Shown here: piece by piece, positions 18,393-28,176 of the stretch | Numbering within the stretch: the stretch's first letter is position 1 | How the letters are laid out: every line of letters begins with the position of its first letter | Source of the DNA: an uncultured Candidatus Saccharimonadales bacterium | Lineage (GTDB): Bacteria > Patescibacteriota > Saccharimonadia > UBA4664 > SCTI01 | DNA length: 64,000 nucleotides | Assembly (NCBI GenBank): GCA_964632435.1 | Contig: CAZWEJ010000001.1 | Coordinates: 1,052 to 65,051, forward strand | Direction: 5' to 3' | Notes under the pieces: generated by a model | Seen by the model: only the letters and a program-made list of their open reading frames with translations | Databases searched by the model: none | What the model was told of the DNA's origin: nothing | Translations under genes and position numbers: made by a program

Positions 18393-21026
18393 GTCACCTC
18401 CTCCAGGACCCCCGGGCCCGGAGACGGTCACCGTTTTTTCGTCACTTCCGCTATATAGTGCTGAGTCGGTTACAACTGCTCGTATTGTATAGCTACCAGC
18501 ATTTGGAATTGTATAGTCGAAGGTATAGGTGGTACTTCCGTTAATACCCTGTGTAGAAATTATCTGATCATTTAGGTAAACCGTTAGATTATTGGCTAGA
18601 TGTGTACCGGAGGTGACTTTGGCGGTGATTGCTAGTGGGTTGTTCCCCTTTGTAGATAACTCTACAGTTGGTTTTACGTCGCTACATCGGTGCACATCAT
18701 CAGTTTCAGTTGGGACCGAACCACCGGCTGCAAATCCAAGCGAGCGGGCTAGTGCCTGAATTGGAGGGTCCCATCTCTTAAATTGCGGGTCAGAAGGTGG
18801 CACCTCCGCACGCATCTCTGATGAGGTTACAGATTGGACTGCGGCCTGTGGGGTACATTCGGTTGCAAGTTTGCCCGAGACCTTATCAACGTTTGCGGTT
18901 TTGCTACCTGTAACATTTTCTGGCTTATACCAACTTGGGAAAATATCAGTTCGGCGTTGCTTAGTTGATTCGGTTGGGAGTTTGCCGGTTTGAGCATCTA
19001 AGGTTACTTCTTTAATTCCGGATGGTTTAACGAATTTCGCGTCTTTGTCATATCCTTGCAAAGCACTCCTCATGTAGGCGTTCCAAATTGGTGCAGAAAC
19101 GGTTGAGGCGGAGGCAGTCATAGGCTTGTTATCGTTGTTGCCGGCCCACACTCCAGTTACAAGATCCGGGGTGAATCCCATAGTCCAAGCGTCGTTGTAG
19201 TTCTCAGTGGTACCCGTTTTTGCCGCGACTGTTCGACCCGGAATAACAAGAGGGTTGTTTGCTCCAAAAATGTAAGACCTTGCACTGTTGTCGCTCAATA
19301 TATTGGAAATAATGTATGAGATTTGTGGGTCGAGGACTCTCTTGCCCTTAGGCTTTGTATTATCCATAACAACTCGATCTCGAGCATCGTAAACCTTAAG
19401 AATTGGTGTGGCTTCGTAATGATCGCCACCATTTGCAAAGCTCTCATAGGCGTTGACCATATCGTTGAGCTTAACTTCACCAGAACCGAGAACCAGACTC
19501 AATCCGTAATTGGAGGCACCTCTATTAAGTGTAGATATTCCCATATCTTTCGCAGTCTTTAGTGAGTTATCGACACCAGCTATGTGTAGCATTTTGACAG
19601 CTGGAATGTTCAATGAGCCTGCAAGAGCACTTCTAACCGATTGAACCCCGTAAAATCTACCCGTGTAGTTTTTTGGCTGGTAATTACCGAAGTCGGTTTG
19701 AACATCATAAATTGTACTTCCTGCGCCCCAATTTTTCTTTAATGCAGTGGCATAAACGATTGGCTTAAAGCTCGAACCAGGTTGACGGTTTGCTAGAGCA
19801 ACGTTGAACGCGCCCTGCTTAGGATCGTTATAGTCGTTTGAGCCCACCATTGCGAGAACTTGCCCAGTTTTAGGATCTGCCGAAACTAAGGCTACGTTGG
19901 AGCCACCCAAAGCTTTAACCTTGCTGTAGCCATTTTTAATAGCTTCTTCGGCCTTTTTCTGCTTGTCGATGTCGATAGTGGTTACAACCCTTAGGCCGCC
20001 ATTTTCAACCTTTGAGGTACCGAACTGTTCCTGCGATTCAAGGAACTCCTTTGCGTAGAGGGCAAAATGCGGATAGTCGCTCTTTGCGGTTTCGATTCGA
20101 GGGGTTTCACTTAATCCAGCTTCGGCAACCAGTCCCGCAGTAGTTGCGGCCTGTATCTTGGCAGCATCGGCTTCTTGCTGTGAAATCATCTTCTGGTCAA
20201 CCATGTTGTCTAGCACCACATGCTGACGTTCTACTAGAGCCTCAACGTTTTGACCATAAGGCGAGTAGTAGGTCGGAAGTTGCGGCATCGAAGCCATAAG
20301 AGTAGCTTGCTTTAGAGAAAGAGTCGAAGCACATTTTGTGCCCTCCGGCTTGCCCTCAAGATTCCCCTTGAAGAAGGTTTGACAGGCGCTCTCGACTCCA
20401 TAAGCCATAGAGCCATAAGGTATTTCATTTAGATAAAGCTTGAGGATGTCATCTTTCTTATAGAGCTGCTCAATTTCGATAGCTAGAATGAGCTCCTTTA
20501 TTTTTCGGGTGACAGAATACTCATTTGTTAACAAAGCGTTCTTTACGTATTGCTGAGTAATTGTAGAGCCACCACCTTTGGAGCGGTCGTTTGTGAGCAC
20601 ACCCGTAAAGGCGCGACCAATACCCATAACCGAGAAAGCGCCATGCTTATAGAAGTCTTTATCCTCAATAGCGACTGTAGCCATCTTGATGTTGTCGGAC
20701 ATTTCGTTGAATTCAATTACCTTACGGTTTTTATCACCGTGAACTTCGTAGATTTTTACTTTATTTTCACGATCATAAAACTCAGTATTTTGAGATCCGA
20801 TGCGAGAGTTGATCTTACCTGGGCTTGGAAGATCTTTGGCGAACCATAGGAACACCAAAAATAGACCAGCTAACCCGGCTGCGGAAATTTTTCCGAAGCG
20901 ACGAGCACCGGCTGGGTTAAACCAATATCTCTTAAATCGATTAGGAGACGTAAAAGACCCGAAGAACTGTCCCGCCCTGGCTTTTATATCTCTATTTCCC
21001 CCGCGAATGACGCGACGTTTAACCAT
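18378..21026 (-). CDS. Class A penicillin-binding protein (PBP1A family) with C-terminal Ig-like domain
   Basis: Transglycosylase EDKDFYKH and GGSTITQQYVKN; transpeptidase SSFK, SLN, KTGT. Confidence 0.95.
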   Translation of the reverse strand: MVKRRVIRGGNRDIKARAGQFFGSFTSPNRFKRYWFNPAGARRFGKISAAGLAGLFLVFLWFAKDLPSPGKINSRIGSQNTEFYDRENKVKIYEVHGDKNRKVIEFNEMSDNIKMATVAIEDKDFYKHGAFSVMGIGRAFTGVLTNDRSKGGGSTITQQYVKNALLTNEYSVTRKIKELILAIEIEQLYKKDDILKLYLNEIPYGSMAYGVESACQTFFKGNLEGKPEGTKCASTLSLKQATLMASMPQLPTYYSPYGQNVEALVERQHVVLDNMVDQKMISQQEADAAKIQAATTAGLVAEAGLSETPRIETAKSDYPHFALYAKEFLESQEQFGTSKVENGGLRVVTTIDIDKQKKAEEAIKNGYSKVKALGGSNVALVSADPKTGQVLAMVGSNDYNDPKQGAFNVALANRQPGSSFKPIVYATALKKNWGAGSTIYDVQTDFGNYQPKNYTGRFYGVQSVRSALAGSLNIPAVKMLHIAGVDNSLKTAKDMGISTLNRGASNYGLSLVLGSGEVKLNDMVNAYESFANGGDHYEATPILKVYDARDRVVMDNTKPKGKRVLDPQISYIISNILSDNSARSYIFGANNPLVIPGRTVAAKTGTTENYNDAWTMGFTPDLVTGVWAGNNDNKPMTASASTVSAPIWNAYMRSALQGYDKDAKFVKPSGIKEVTLDAQTGKLPTESTKQRRTDIFPSWYKPENVTGSKTANVDKVSGKLATECTPQAAVQSVTSSEMRAEVPPSDPQFKRWDPPIQALARSLGFAAGGSVPTETDDVHRCSDVKPTVELSTKGNNPLAITAKVTSGTHLANNLTVYLNDQIISTQGINGSTTYTFDYTIPNAGSYTIRAVVTDSALYSGSDEKTVTVSGPGGPGGGDFPAD

Positions 21027-21165
21027 AGAATTTAATACAAATCCTTTCTAAGATATTATAATGCTTTGGCTAATTTGTTCCAAATCATTGAACTTATGTT
21101 TGATATTTATAGATGATGCTTTAGAATTGCCCTAAGTTTTGCACCTTCAACAAGGGAGAGTTAAG

Positions 21166-21534
21166 TTGGCAACCATCCCGGTCACGCATTATCGTCTCTC
21201 GGTAGTCGGTCTTAGGCTTTGCGGCCATTGGACTAGACATGGATTTACACTTCGTGTGTATTCCGTGGCTAGGGGTCGCGAATGCTCCCGAGGCAGCTGT
21301 GTCATTCTGATGACAAGGATAGACGCAGACTCGAGAGCGGAAGTACCAGTCTGCTACGCTGAGTACAACAGCAAGCAGGTCGCAAAGTCTGAGCATTGTC
21401 GTATTAAGTGGCTTCCTGTTGAATCTTGGCAGAAGGCTCTCTACGAATCAGAAGGTCGTATCAACTTCGAGAAGACAGAGGAACCCTGGTTCCTCCTAGA
21501 TCGGCCACCCATTGCTCCGGCGATGATTCACTAA
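21166..21534 (+). CDS. Orphan hypothetical protein
   Basis: TTG start after AGGGAG SD; promoter TTGATA (21100)...TAGAAT (21122); hairpin directly after stop. Confidence 0.6.
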   Translation: MATIPVTHYRLSVVGLRLCGHWTRHGFTLRVYSVARGRECSRGSCVILMTRIDADSRAEVPVCYAEYNSKQVAKSEHCRIKWLPVESWQKALYESEGRINFEKTEEPWFLLDRPPIAPAMIH

Positions 21535-21539
21535 ACTTC

Positions 21540-21567
21540 GAGCTCCTCGGCGCACGCTGAGGAGCTC
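21540..21567 (+). terminator. GC-rich hairpin after orphan gene
   Basis: GAGCTCCTCGGCG-loop-CGCTGAGGAGCTC; weak U-tract. Confidence 0.6.
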
Positions 21568-21595
21568 AATCATTTCTTATGTTATGATGAAAGCC

Positions 21596-22759
21596 ATGAA
21601 AGAGCTTATTCTCGACCGAGCAAAAGACATTATTGTAAAGGAAGAGCTCGCCGAAAAACTTACTAGCGAGAAACTCCGTATTAAGTTTGGTATTGATCCA
21701 ACCGGCCCCGAGCTTCACCTAGGACGCGCATCAACTATTCATCGGCTCAAGAATCTTCAAGACATGGGTCATCAAATTGTGCTGATTGTTGGCGACTTCA
21801 CCGCCAAGATTGGTGATGCGTCCGATAAAACCAGTGAGAGACAGCCGTTATCTGATGAGCAGATAAAAAAGAATATGGCCGACTACAAAAAGCAGATCGG
21901 CAAGATTCTCGATATCGATAAGGTCGAATTTCACTACAACTCGGAGTGGTTGAGTAAGCTAGACCTGAGCAAGCTGATCGAGTTGGCTCAACAATTTACA
22001 GTCGCCCAGATGATAGAGCGGGAGAACTATGCCCTCCGCTTTAAAGAAGGTAAGCCAATTGGGCTACACGAGTTTTTGTACCCGATACTACAGGGTTATG
22101 ACTCTGTTGCAGTCAAGGCGGATGTTGAAATAGGTGGTACCGATCAGCTATTCAATCTAATGGCTGGACGAGTCATGCAGAAATACTTCGGTCAGGCCCC
22201 TCAACATGTGATTACATTTGATTTGCTTACTGGCCCCGATGGTAGAAAGATGTCAACCAGTTGGGGTAATGCGATATATATAACCGACACCGCTAATGAT
22301 ATGTTTGGCCAGCTGATGCGGATTCATGACGACCTGATTTCGGCATATTACAAGATTTGTACCGATGTTCCTTTGGAAGCGATTGAAGCTGTTGAGAAGA
22401 GCCTTGCGGAAGGCGACAACCCCAGAGACACAAAGGCTTCTTTGGCAAGAGAGATCGTATCTATCTATCATGGCGAAAAAGCGGCTGTTGAAGCTGAGGA
22501 AGCATTTAATCGTCAGTTCAGGGAAGGAAAGCTGCCTTCAGACATCGAGGAGGTTGAGCTTACCAAAAAGGAGTGGGACCCAATTGATCTTCTAGTTGGC
22601 GTCAAGTTAGCAGAAAGTCGCTCAGAGGCCAGAAGACTAATTGAGCAAGGAGGAGTTCGTCTCGGAGGAGAAAAGGTTGAGTTTGGGGAAATTAAGGTTC
22701 GAAGCGGAGCTATCCTGCAGGTCGGCAAGCGCCGCTTCCTGAAACTCAAGGTTAAGTAA
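21596..22759 (+). CDS. tyrS: Tyrosine--tRNA ligase
   Basis: GIDPTGPELHLG (HIGH-like), GGTDQLFN, KMSTS, C-terminal S4 domain. Confidence 0.96.
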   Translation: MKELILDRAKDIIVKEELAEKLTSEKLRIKFGIDPTGPELHLGRASTIHRLKNLQDMGHQIVLIVGDFTAKIGDASDKTSERQPLSDEQIKKNMADYKKQIGKILDIDKVEFHYNSEWLSKLDLSKLIELAQQFTVAQMIERENYALRFKEGKPIGLHEFLYPILQGYDSVAVKADVEIGGTDQLFNLMAGRVMQKYFGQAPQHVITFDLLTGPDGRKMSTSWGNAIYITDTANDMFGQLMRIHDDLISAYYKICTDVPLEAIEAVEKSLAEGDNPRDTKASLAREIVSIYHGEKAAVEAEEAFNRQFREGKLPSDIEEVELTKKEWDPIDLLVGVKLAESRSEARRLIEQGGVRLGGEKVEFGEIKVRSGAILQVGKRRFLKLKVK

Positions 22760-24793
22760 ATGAATTTAGACGTAAGAGTCGAGACGCTGAAAGGCGTTGG
22801 TAAGGCGGCGTCTGTAAAGCTTGAGAAGCTCGGGATTAGGACTGTCGGCGATTTATTACATCATTTTCCACGCCGCTATGACGATTTCTCAAATATCATT
22901 CCGATACGGATGATGAAACCGGGGATGGTAACGTTTCGTGGGGAGATTGTGAATATAGCCTCGCGGAGGGCCCGTACCCGTCGGCTCTCAATAACGGAAG
23001 CTGTAATCTCTGATGGAACGGGTACAGTTAAGGCGGTTTGGTTCAATCAGCCATTTCTTGTAAAACAACATCCCGTTGGATCAAGCGTAATGATTTCGGG
23101 CAAGCTTGAGTTTAAAAACAATGACCTTGCACTTCAGGCACCGGCAATCGAATCCGATTCCGGTGTTTCGAAGCATACTGGGCGAATTGTTCCTATATAC
23201 CCCGAGACAGAAGGTTTGACCTCAAAACAGCTTAGAAATTTCATAATGCCCCTGCTGGGGCTTATTAAGCTTGAAGAAAATCTACCGGAAGAAGTTAAAA
23301 CAAAATACAAGCTTATGGATCGCACCAAGGCGGTTATAGAGCTCCACGCACCTAGCAGCGAGGCAGCTTTAAAGAGAGCGCGGCATCGAATGGCTTTTGA
23401 AGAGTTGTTCTTTATTATCTCGGCGAGCCTAGTCATTAAAAAAGAGATCAAGAGTGAAGAGGCTCCAAAGATTGATTTCAAAGTTGATGTGGCTCAAGAC
23501 TTTGTAAAATCTCTGCACTTTGATTTAACAAATGCCCAACGCCAGGCGGCATGGCAGATCTTGCAGGACATGAGCTCAGAAAGGCCGATGAATAGATTAC
23601 TTGAAGGTGATGTTGGAAGCGGAAAGACGGTTGTGGCTCTTTTGGCAGCGGTCATGGCAGTTCGAAGTGGTTATCAAGCAGCGATAATGGTTCCGACGGA
23701 TATACTGGCACGTCAGCATTCTAAGAGTATTCAAAATATTCTCGGGAATATTGGTATTCAATCTGCTTTATTGCTAGGTCGCCAGCCCGCAGCCGAAAAA
23801 AATGAAGCGCTAAAAAAGATTAGGGACGGTTCAGCCCAGGTTGTTCTCGGTACTCATGCATTGTTAACGGAAGCTGTTGAATTCAATAATTTGGGGCTGG
23901 TGGTTATCGATGAGCAGCACCGTTTTGGAGTTGAGCAGCGCCAAAAGCTCAAGCAGAAAGCCAGCCGCCTGCCTCATCTATTAAGTATGACTGCGACTCC
24001 AATACCGCGATCACTAGCCTTAACCGTCTATGGCGACTTGGATCTATCTATCATTGATGAGTTACCGCCGAATCGTCAGCCAATTGCCACAAAGGTCGTT
24101 AAGCCAACAGATAGGGATGTGGCCTACGGCTTTATCGACAAGCAGATAACGGATGGACGGCAGGTATTTGTAGTCTGCCCACTGATTGAAGACTCAGATA
24201 CCTTGGGTGCGAAGAGCGTAACTGCTGAGGTGGAGCGGTTGCGTAAAGGACCGTTTCGTCATCGCAAAATCAGCGTAGTTCATGGGAAGCTCAAGCCGGC
24301 AGAGCGCGATGATACGATGCAACAGTTTGTCCGGGGCGAGATTGATATTTTAGTTGCCACATCGGTGATTGAGGTGGGCATCGATATACCTAACGCCAGC
24401 GTAATTCTGATTGAAGGTGCTGAGCGTTTTGGACTTGCAGCTCTCCACCAGCTTAGAGGAAGGGTTGGCCGAGGTGAGCATCATTCGTATTGCATGATCA
24501 CCAGCGATTCAAATGCACCGGGAGTAATGGAGCGATTACAGGCTTTAGAGAGGACCCAAGACGGGTTTAGACTGGCACAGATTGATCTAGAGCTGCGAGG
24601 GCCGGGGCAAATCTACGGTAAAAGGCAGCATGGTTTGCTGGAGCTCGAGATGGCAGATCTTGGCGATTCTAGGCTTGTTTCGCAGGTTCGTGAGGCTGCT
24701 TCTACCTTTGTGAGTGATGGACAGAACATGCTACAATATCCTCAAGTTGTCGAGCGCATCAACAGATTAAAAACGGTCACTTCGCTCGACTAG
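22760..24793 (+). CDS. recG: ATP-dependent DNA helicase RecG
   Basis: LLEGDVGSGKT, IDEQHRFGV, MTATPIPR, QLRGRVGRG. Confidence 0.97.
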   Translation: MNLDVRVETLKGVGKAASVKLEKLGIRTVGDLLHHFPRRYDDFSNIIPIRMMKPGMVTFRGEIVNIASRRARTRRLSITEAVISDGTGTVKAVWFNQPFLVKQHPVGSSVMISGKLEFKNNDLALQAPAIESDSGVSKHTGRIVPIYPETEGLTSKQLRNFIMPLLGLIKLEENLPEEVKTKYKLMDRTKAVIELHAPSSEAALKRARHRMAFEELFFIISASLVIKKEIKSEEAPKIDFKVDVAQDFVKSLHFDLTNAQRQAAWQILQDMSSERPMNRLLEGDVGSGKTVVALLAAVMAVRSGYQAAIMVPTDILARQHSKSIQNILGNIGIQSALLLGRQPAAEKNEALKKIRDGSAQVVLGTHALLTEAVEFNNLGLVVIDEQHRFGVEQRQKLKQKASRLPHLLSMTATPIPRSLALTVYGDLDLSIIDELPPNRQPIATKVVKPTDRDVAYGFIDKQITDGRQVFVVCPLIEDSDTLGAKSVTAEVERLRKGPFRHRKISVVHGKLKPAERDDTMQQFVRGEIDILVATSVIEVGIDIPNASVILIEGAERFGLAALHQLRGRVGRGEHHSYCMITSDSNAPGVMERLQALERTQDGFRLAQIDLELRGPGQIYGKRQHGLLELEMADLGDSRLVSQVREAASTFVSDGQNMLQYPQVVERINRLKTVTSLD

Positions 24794-24803
24794 GTGGAGC
24801 AAA

Positions 24804-25631
24804 ATGTATTCAGGTTTTATTACATCTAAACGATCGGTTTCGGCCGTTGGTGTACATCAGCGTTTCAATAAAGTTTCCTATAAGATGATTGAGTCATTCT
24901 TGGCAAATGGAAGCTTTCCTAGCATTACTCAAATAAACCATTTTGAGGGAATTAATGGCCCAGATGGGCTCAAGACGAAGTCTCCTGGTGAAAACGAGCC
25001 AAGCCATCTTTATGACCCATACGACGATGATGGTCCTATCCCGGATCTTATAAATACACACTACAATCTATTGGTGAAAAAACTCAAAGATCGGGACATG
25101 ATTGGTTCTGCTTTTGAGGCAGCCTGGCTGTCGCACTTTGTGGTGGATGGATTAACGCCGGCTCATCACTTCCCACTCGATAAGCATCTTCAAGAACATG
25201 GGTTTAAGAAGAACGAGAGAGGTCGTTATGTCGTTGAGCGAAAGGGGCTGACGCATATTGATATTGTTCGCAAAGCTTGGAAGGTTGTAGGCGGGAAGGG
25301 TCTTCTTACAACTCACTTCAACTTTGAGATGGGTGTTGCGACAGTGATCTTGGGGCAGAAGATCCGCGTTAAGCTCGATTGCTCAAAGATGGCTGATGCA
25401 AGGCAGGACGGCCCAATTGGATTTTTCAAAAAAGAAGCACTTGAGATTGCCGAAATGAATCTTTACGAAAAGTTTTATCGCTACGGGTGGACTCCAGAAA
25501 TTGCACGAAAGACCAAGGGAAAGCTTGCTCCGAAGATTGTTCAAGACGTTGGGATAATTTGGTTGCTTGCATATTTGGAGAGCGGGGAAGAGCTGGTCAA
25601 AGATGTTGTGGCAAAGGAAGTAGTAGCCTAA
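24804..25631 (+). CDS. Hypothetical protein, Zn-dependent phospholipase C / S1-P1 nuclease-like metal motif
   Basis: H...PD...H.YDP...WLSHFVVDGLTPAHH...HFNFE spacing. Confidence 0.55.
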   Translation: MYSGFITSKRSVSAVGVHQRFNKVSYKMIESFLANGSFPSITQINHFEGINGPDGLKTKSPGENEPSHLYDPYDDDGPIPDLINTHYNLLVKKLKDRDMIGSAFEAAWLSHFVVDGLTPAHHFPLDKHLQEHGFKKNERGRYVVERKGLTHIDIVRKAWKVVGGKGLLTTHFNFEMGVATVILGQKIRVKLDCSKMADARQDGPIGFFKKEALEIAEMNLYEKFYRYGWTPEIARKTKGKLAPKIVQDVGIIWLLAYLESGEELVKDVVAKEVVA

Positions 25632-26164
25632 TGAGAATAATTTCTGGAAATTTTCGTGGTAGAAAAATATTCGCTCCTGGCGTAAGATCGACCCGCCCGA
25701 TGACAGAAAAAGTCAGAGGAGCGCTTTTTGATATTCTTGGGCCAATAAATGACTTTAATGTACTTGATGCATATGCCGGCAGTGGCGCTCTTGGTTTTGA
25801 AGCAATAAGCAGAGGAGCAAAAAGGGTTATTGCCATCGAATCTGGTAAGAGGGCTAATATCAACATCAAAAAGACGATCGACGGTTTAGGAGTCGATTTT
25901 CAGTACCAGCTCGTGCCCAACACAGTTGAATCGTGGTTGGCGCGTAGCCCTAAAGAAACTTTTGATCTTATTTTCTTTATGCCCCCATACGCAATATTTG
26001 ATGGAGAGCTAGCTCAAGGGGCTGCTGATCTTTTAAATCCAGATGGATTGATGGTAATTGAATACTCTCGTCAGCAAAATCCTGCAAGTATGGATTCACT
26101 GGATCTTGTTGATACCAGAGACTACGGCGATCAAAAGTTGGCGTTTTACAGAAAGCAAACATAA
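25631..26164 (+). CDS. rsmD: 16S rRNA m2G966 methyltransferase RsmD family
   Basis: MRIISG.FRGR, TRPMTEKVR.ALF, LDAYAGSGALGFEAISRGA; catalytic DPPY reads MPPY. Confidence 0.88.
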   Translation: MRIISGNFRGRKIFAPGVRSTRPMTEKVRGALFDILGPINDFNVLDAYAGSGALGFEAISRGAKRVIAIESGKRANINIKKTIDGLGVDFQYQLVPNTVESWLARSPKETFDLIFFMPPYAIFDGELAQGAADLLNPDGLMVIEYSRQQNPASMDSLDLVDTRDYGDQKLAFYRKQT

Positions 26165-26188
26165 GTTACAATAACGTGGTTATCACTC

Positions 26189-26274
26189 GGGCGAGTGGTG
26201 AAATGGTAGACACGCTAGCCTTAGGAGCTAGTGGGGGAAACCCCGTGGAGGTTCAAGTCCTCTCTCGCCCACCA
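26189..26274 (+). tRNA. tRNA-Leu(TAG)
   Basis: GGGCGAG/CTCGCCC acceptor, anticodon loop CT-TAG-GA, long variable arm, GTTCAAG T-loop, encoded CCA. Confidence 0.96.
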
Positions 26275-26372
26275 AGCAATTATTTTTGAGTTTTCCACTT
26301 CTAATTCGACATACGCTTTGTCATAATGCTTGAGTTCCGTAACCACGCTCAAGCCGTGAGGGGGAAGTTCTT

Positions 26373-26822
26373 TTGAGCGATATTCATGTTGTGAGAAGGA
26401 CAGTTTTCGTCATCAGCCGAGATGAGCCGCCACAAGGAAGTGATTTGGTTAAGGCTAGAGTCCAGCATTCCGAGGACCCAACTTGGGAATCGAAGGTCTG
26501 GAAGGTCGCTTCAGTCTCGGGTGATCTGGATAGAAGGCTAGAGCTGTCGGAAAGGCAGAAGGCAGAAATTCGCCCAGGCTTTGTAACGCATTCAGGACCA
26601 AAGGCAGGGCGCTACGAGGTTCTCGGCTTGGCGTACTGCCAGGGCGAACTCCCAAAAATCAACCCAAACAGGGTCGGCGTCTTCTATCGGGCTTTGTATA
26701 GGTCCACTAACTGCCATGGGCCCTTCTGGTTCCGGCCCCTTTGGGGTCGCGGAGGCTGGTTTGTCCCTCTGGATGGCAAGGTCCGCTTCGTCCGTGCCGA
26801 CAAGGAACATGCTGCCGCATAG
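26373..26822 (+). CDS. Orphan protein with diverged DUF1653-like C-terminal domain
   Basis: 'YEVLGLA...VFYRALY...WFRPL...F...RF' pattern; GAGGGGG SD; followed by terminator. Confidence 0.6.
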   Translation: MSDIHVVRRTVFVISRDEPPQGSDLVKARVQHSEDPTWESKVWKVASVSGDLDRRLELSERQKAEIRPGFVTHSGPKAGRYEVLGLAYCQGELPKINPNRVGVFYRALYRSTNCHGPFWFRPLWGRGGWFVPLDGKVRFVRADKEHAAA

Positions 26823-26829
26823 CGGCTTT

Positions 26830-26871
26830 TACGCCCATCCGGGTAAAACCGGGTGGGCGTATCTATTTTTT
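26830..26871 (+). terminator. Terminator of DUF1653-like gene
   Basis: TACGCCCATCCGG-loop-CCGGGTGGGCGTA then TCTATTTTTT. Confidence 0.8.
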
Positions 26872-26891
26872 CGTGCTACACTACTCCAGTT

Positions 26892-28175
26892 ATGAAAGCT
26901 GAAATCACTAAAAAAACTGACACAGAAGTAACTCTGCTTATCACTGCCAGCGAGGCTGAGATCAAGCACTCATATGAGCACGCTATTGCTCATTATCGTC
27001 CGCGAGTAAAGGTTGCTGGGTTTCGCCCAGGTAAAGCCCCCGACAACATTGTTGTGCGAGAAATAGGTGACACAACAATCCAGACAGAAACGATTGAACA
27101 CACCATCAGTCACGCTTACTCGGATGCGGTTACTCAAGAGCAACTTCAGGTAATTGGTCAGCCAAAAATTGATATCAAAAAATGGGTACCATACTCAACT
27201 CTCGAATTCGAGGCAGTCACAGAGATTGTCCCCCCAGTTAAACTCCCAGATTACAAAAAGATCAAAAAGACTAAAAAGGAAGTTAGGGTTACCGACGAGC
27301 AGATCAATCGGATGGTCGAAGATCTACGCCGCCGAGTCGCAAAGCGAGTTCCGGCACTCCGACCTGCCCAAATGGAGGACGAGGTAAAGTTCGACTTTGA
27401 TGGTCGCCAGGATGGCGAGTCAGTTGAGGGTGCTTCAAGCAAAAACTTCACACTTAAGCTTGGTTCGGGACAGTTTATCCCCGGTTTCGAAGAGCAAATG
27501 GTTGGTCTGAATGTTGGTGATGAAAAAACTTTCACAGTTACTTTCCCAAATGATTATCACGAAAAATCGCTTGCTGGTAAGCCAGTCGATTTTACAGTTA
27601 AAATTCACGAGGTCACTTCTCTTGAGCTTCCAGAGACAGACGACAAGTTTGCTTCAGAGGTTGGGCCATTTAAGACATACAAGGACCTCCGAGCTGACAT
27701 TAAGGATCAGTTGACCGTTGAAGCCGAAGAGAACACCAAACGCGAGCTCGAGACCGAGCTACTTGATGAGATCGTTTCGAAGATGAAGACAACCGTTCCC
27801 GAACGATTGGTAGCTCAGCAGATTGAGCGCTTAAAAGCAGATCTTTCGCAGCGCCTTGCTCAAAGTGGCCTAAACATGGATCAATATCTTGAGATTCAAA
27901 AGAAAAGCCAGGAAGATTTGGAAAAAGAGCTTCGACCCGAAGCCGAGAAGCGTGTGAAACTCGCGTTGGTACTTAGTGAGGTAGCTAAGGAGGAAAAGCT
28001 GACCGTCACCGCCGACGAGCTTGACTCTGAATTAGAGGCATTGAGGCAGCAATACACTGATCCAGCGATGCAAGAAGAGCTTTCAAGCCCACATATTCGA
28101 GAAGATCTGTATAACCATCTTCTTTCGACAAAAACCATCAATAAACTGATAGAATACGCTACTCTAAAGAAGTAA
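26892..28175 (+). CDS. tig: Trigger factor
   Basis: GFRPGKAP, LGSGQFIPGFEEQMVG FKBP domain. Confidence 0.96.
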   Translation: MKAEITKKTDTEVTLLITASEAEIKHSYEHAIAHYRPRVKVAGFRPGKAPDNIVVREIGDTTIQTETIEHTISHAYSDAVTQEQLQVIGQPKIDIKKWVPYSTLEFEAVTEIVPPVKLPDYKKIKKTKKEVRVTDEQINRMVEDLRRRVAKRVPALRPAQMEDEVKFDFDGRQDGESVEGASSKNFTLKLGSGQFIPGFEEQMVGLNVGDEKTFTVTFPNDYHEKSLAGKPVDFTVKIHEVTSLELPETDDKFASEVGPFKTYKDLRADIKDQLTVEAEENTKRELETELLDEIVSKMKTTVPERLVAQQIERLKADLSQRLAQSGLNMDQYLEIQKKSQEDLEKELRPEAEKRVKLALVLSEVAKEEKLTVTADELDSELEALRQQYTDPAMQEELSSPHIREDLYNHLLSTKTINKLIEYATLKK

Positions 28176-28176
28176 A

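Noticed and set aside
26262-26840. tRNA-Leu 3'-end duplication (attR) marking an integrated island
   Set aside because: Only CGCCCA (6 nt) recurs near 26832, which is chance level, and there is no integrase.
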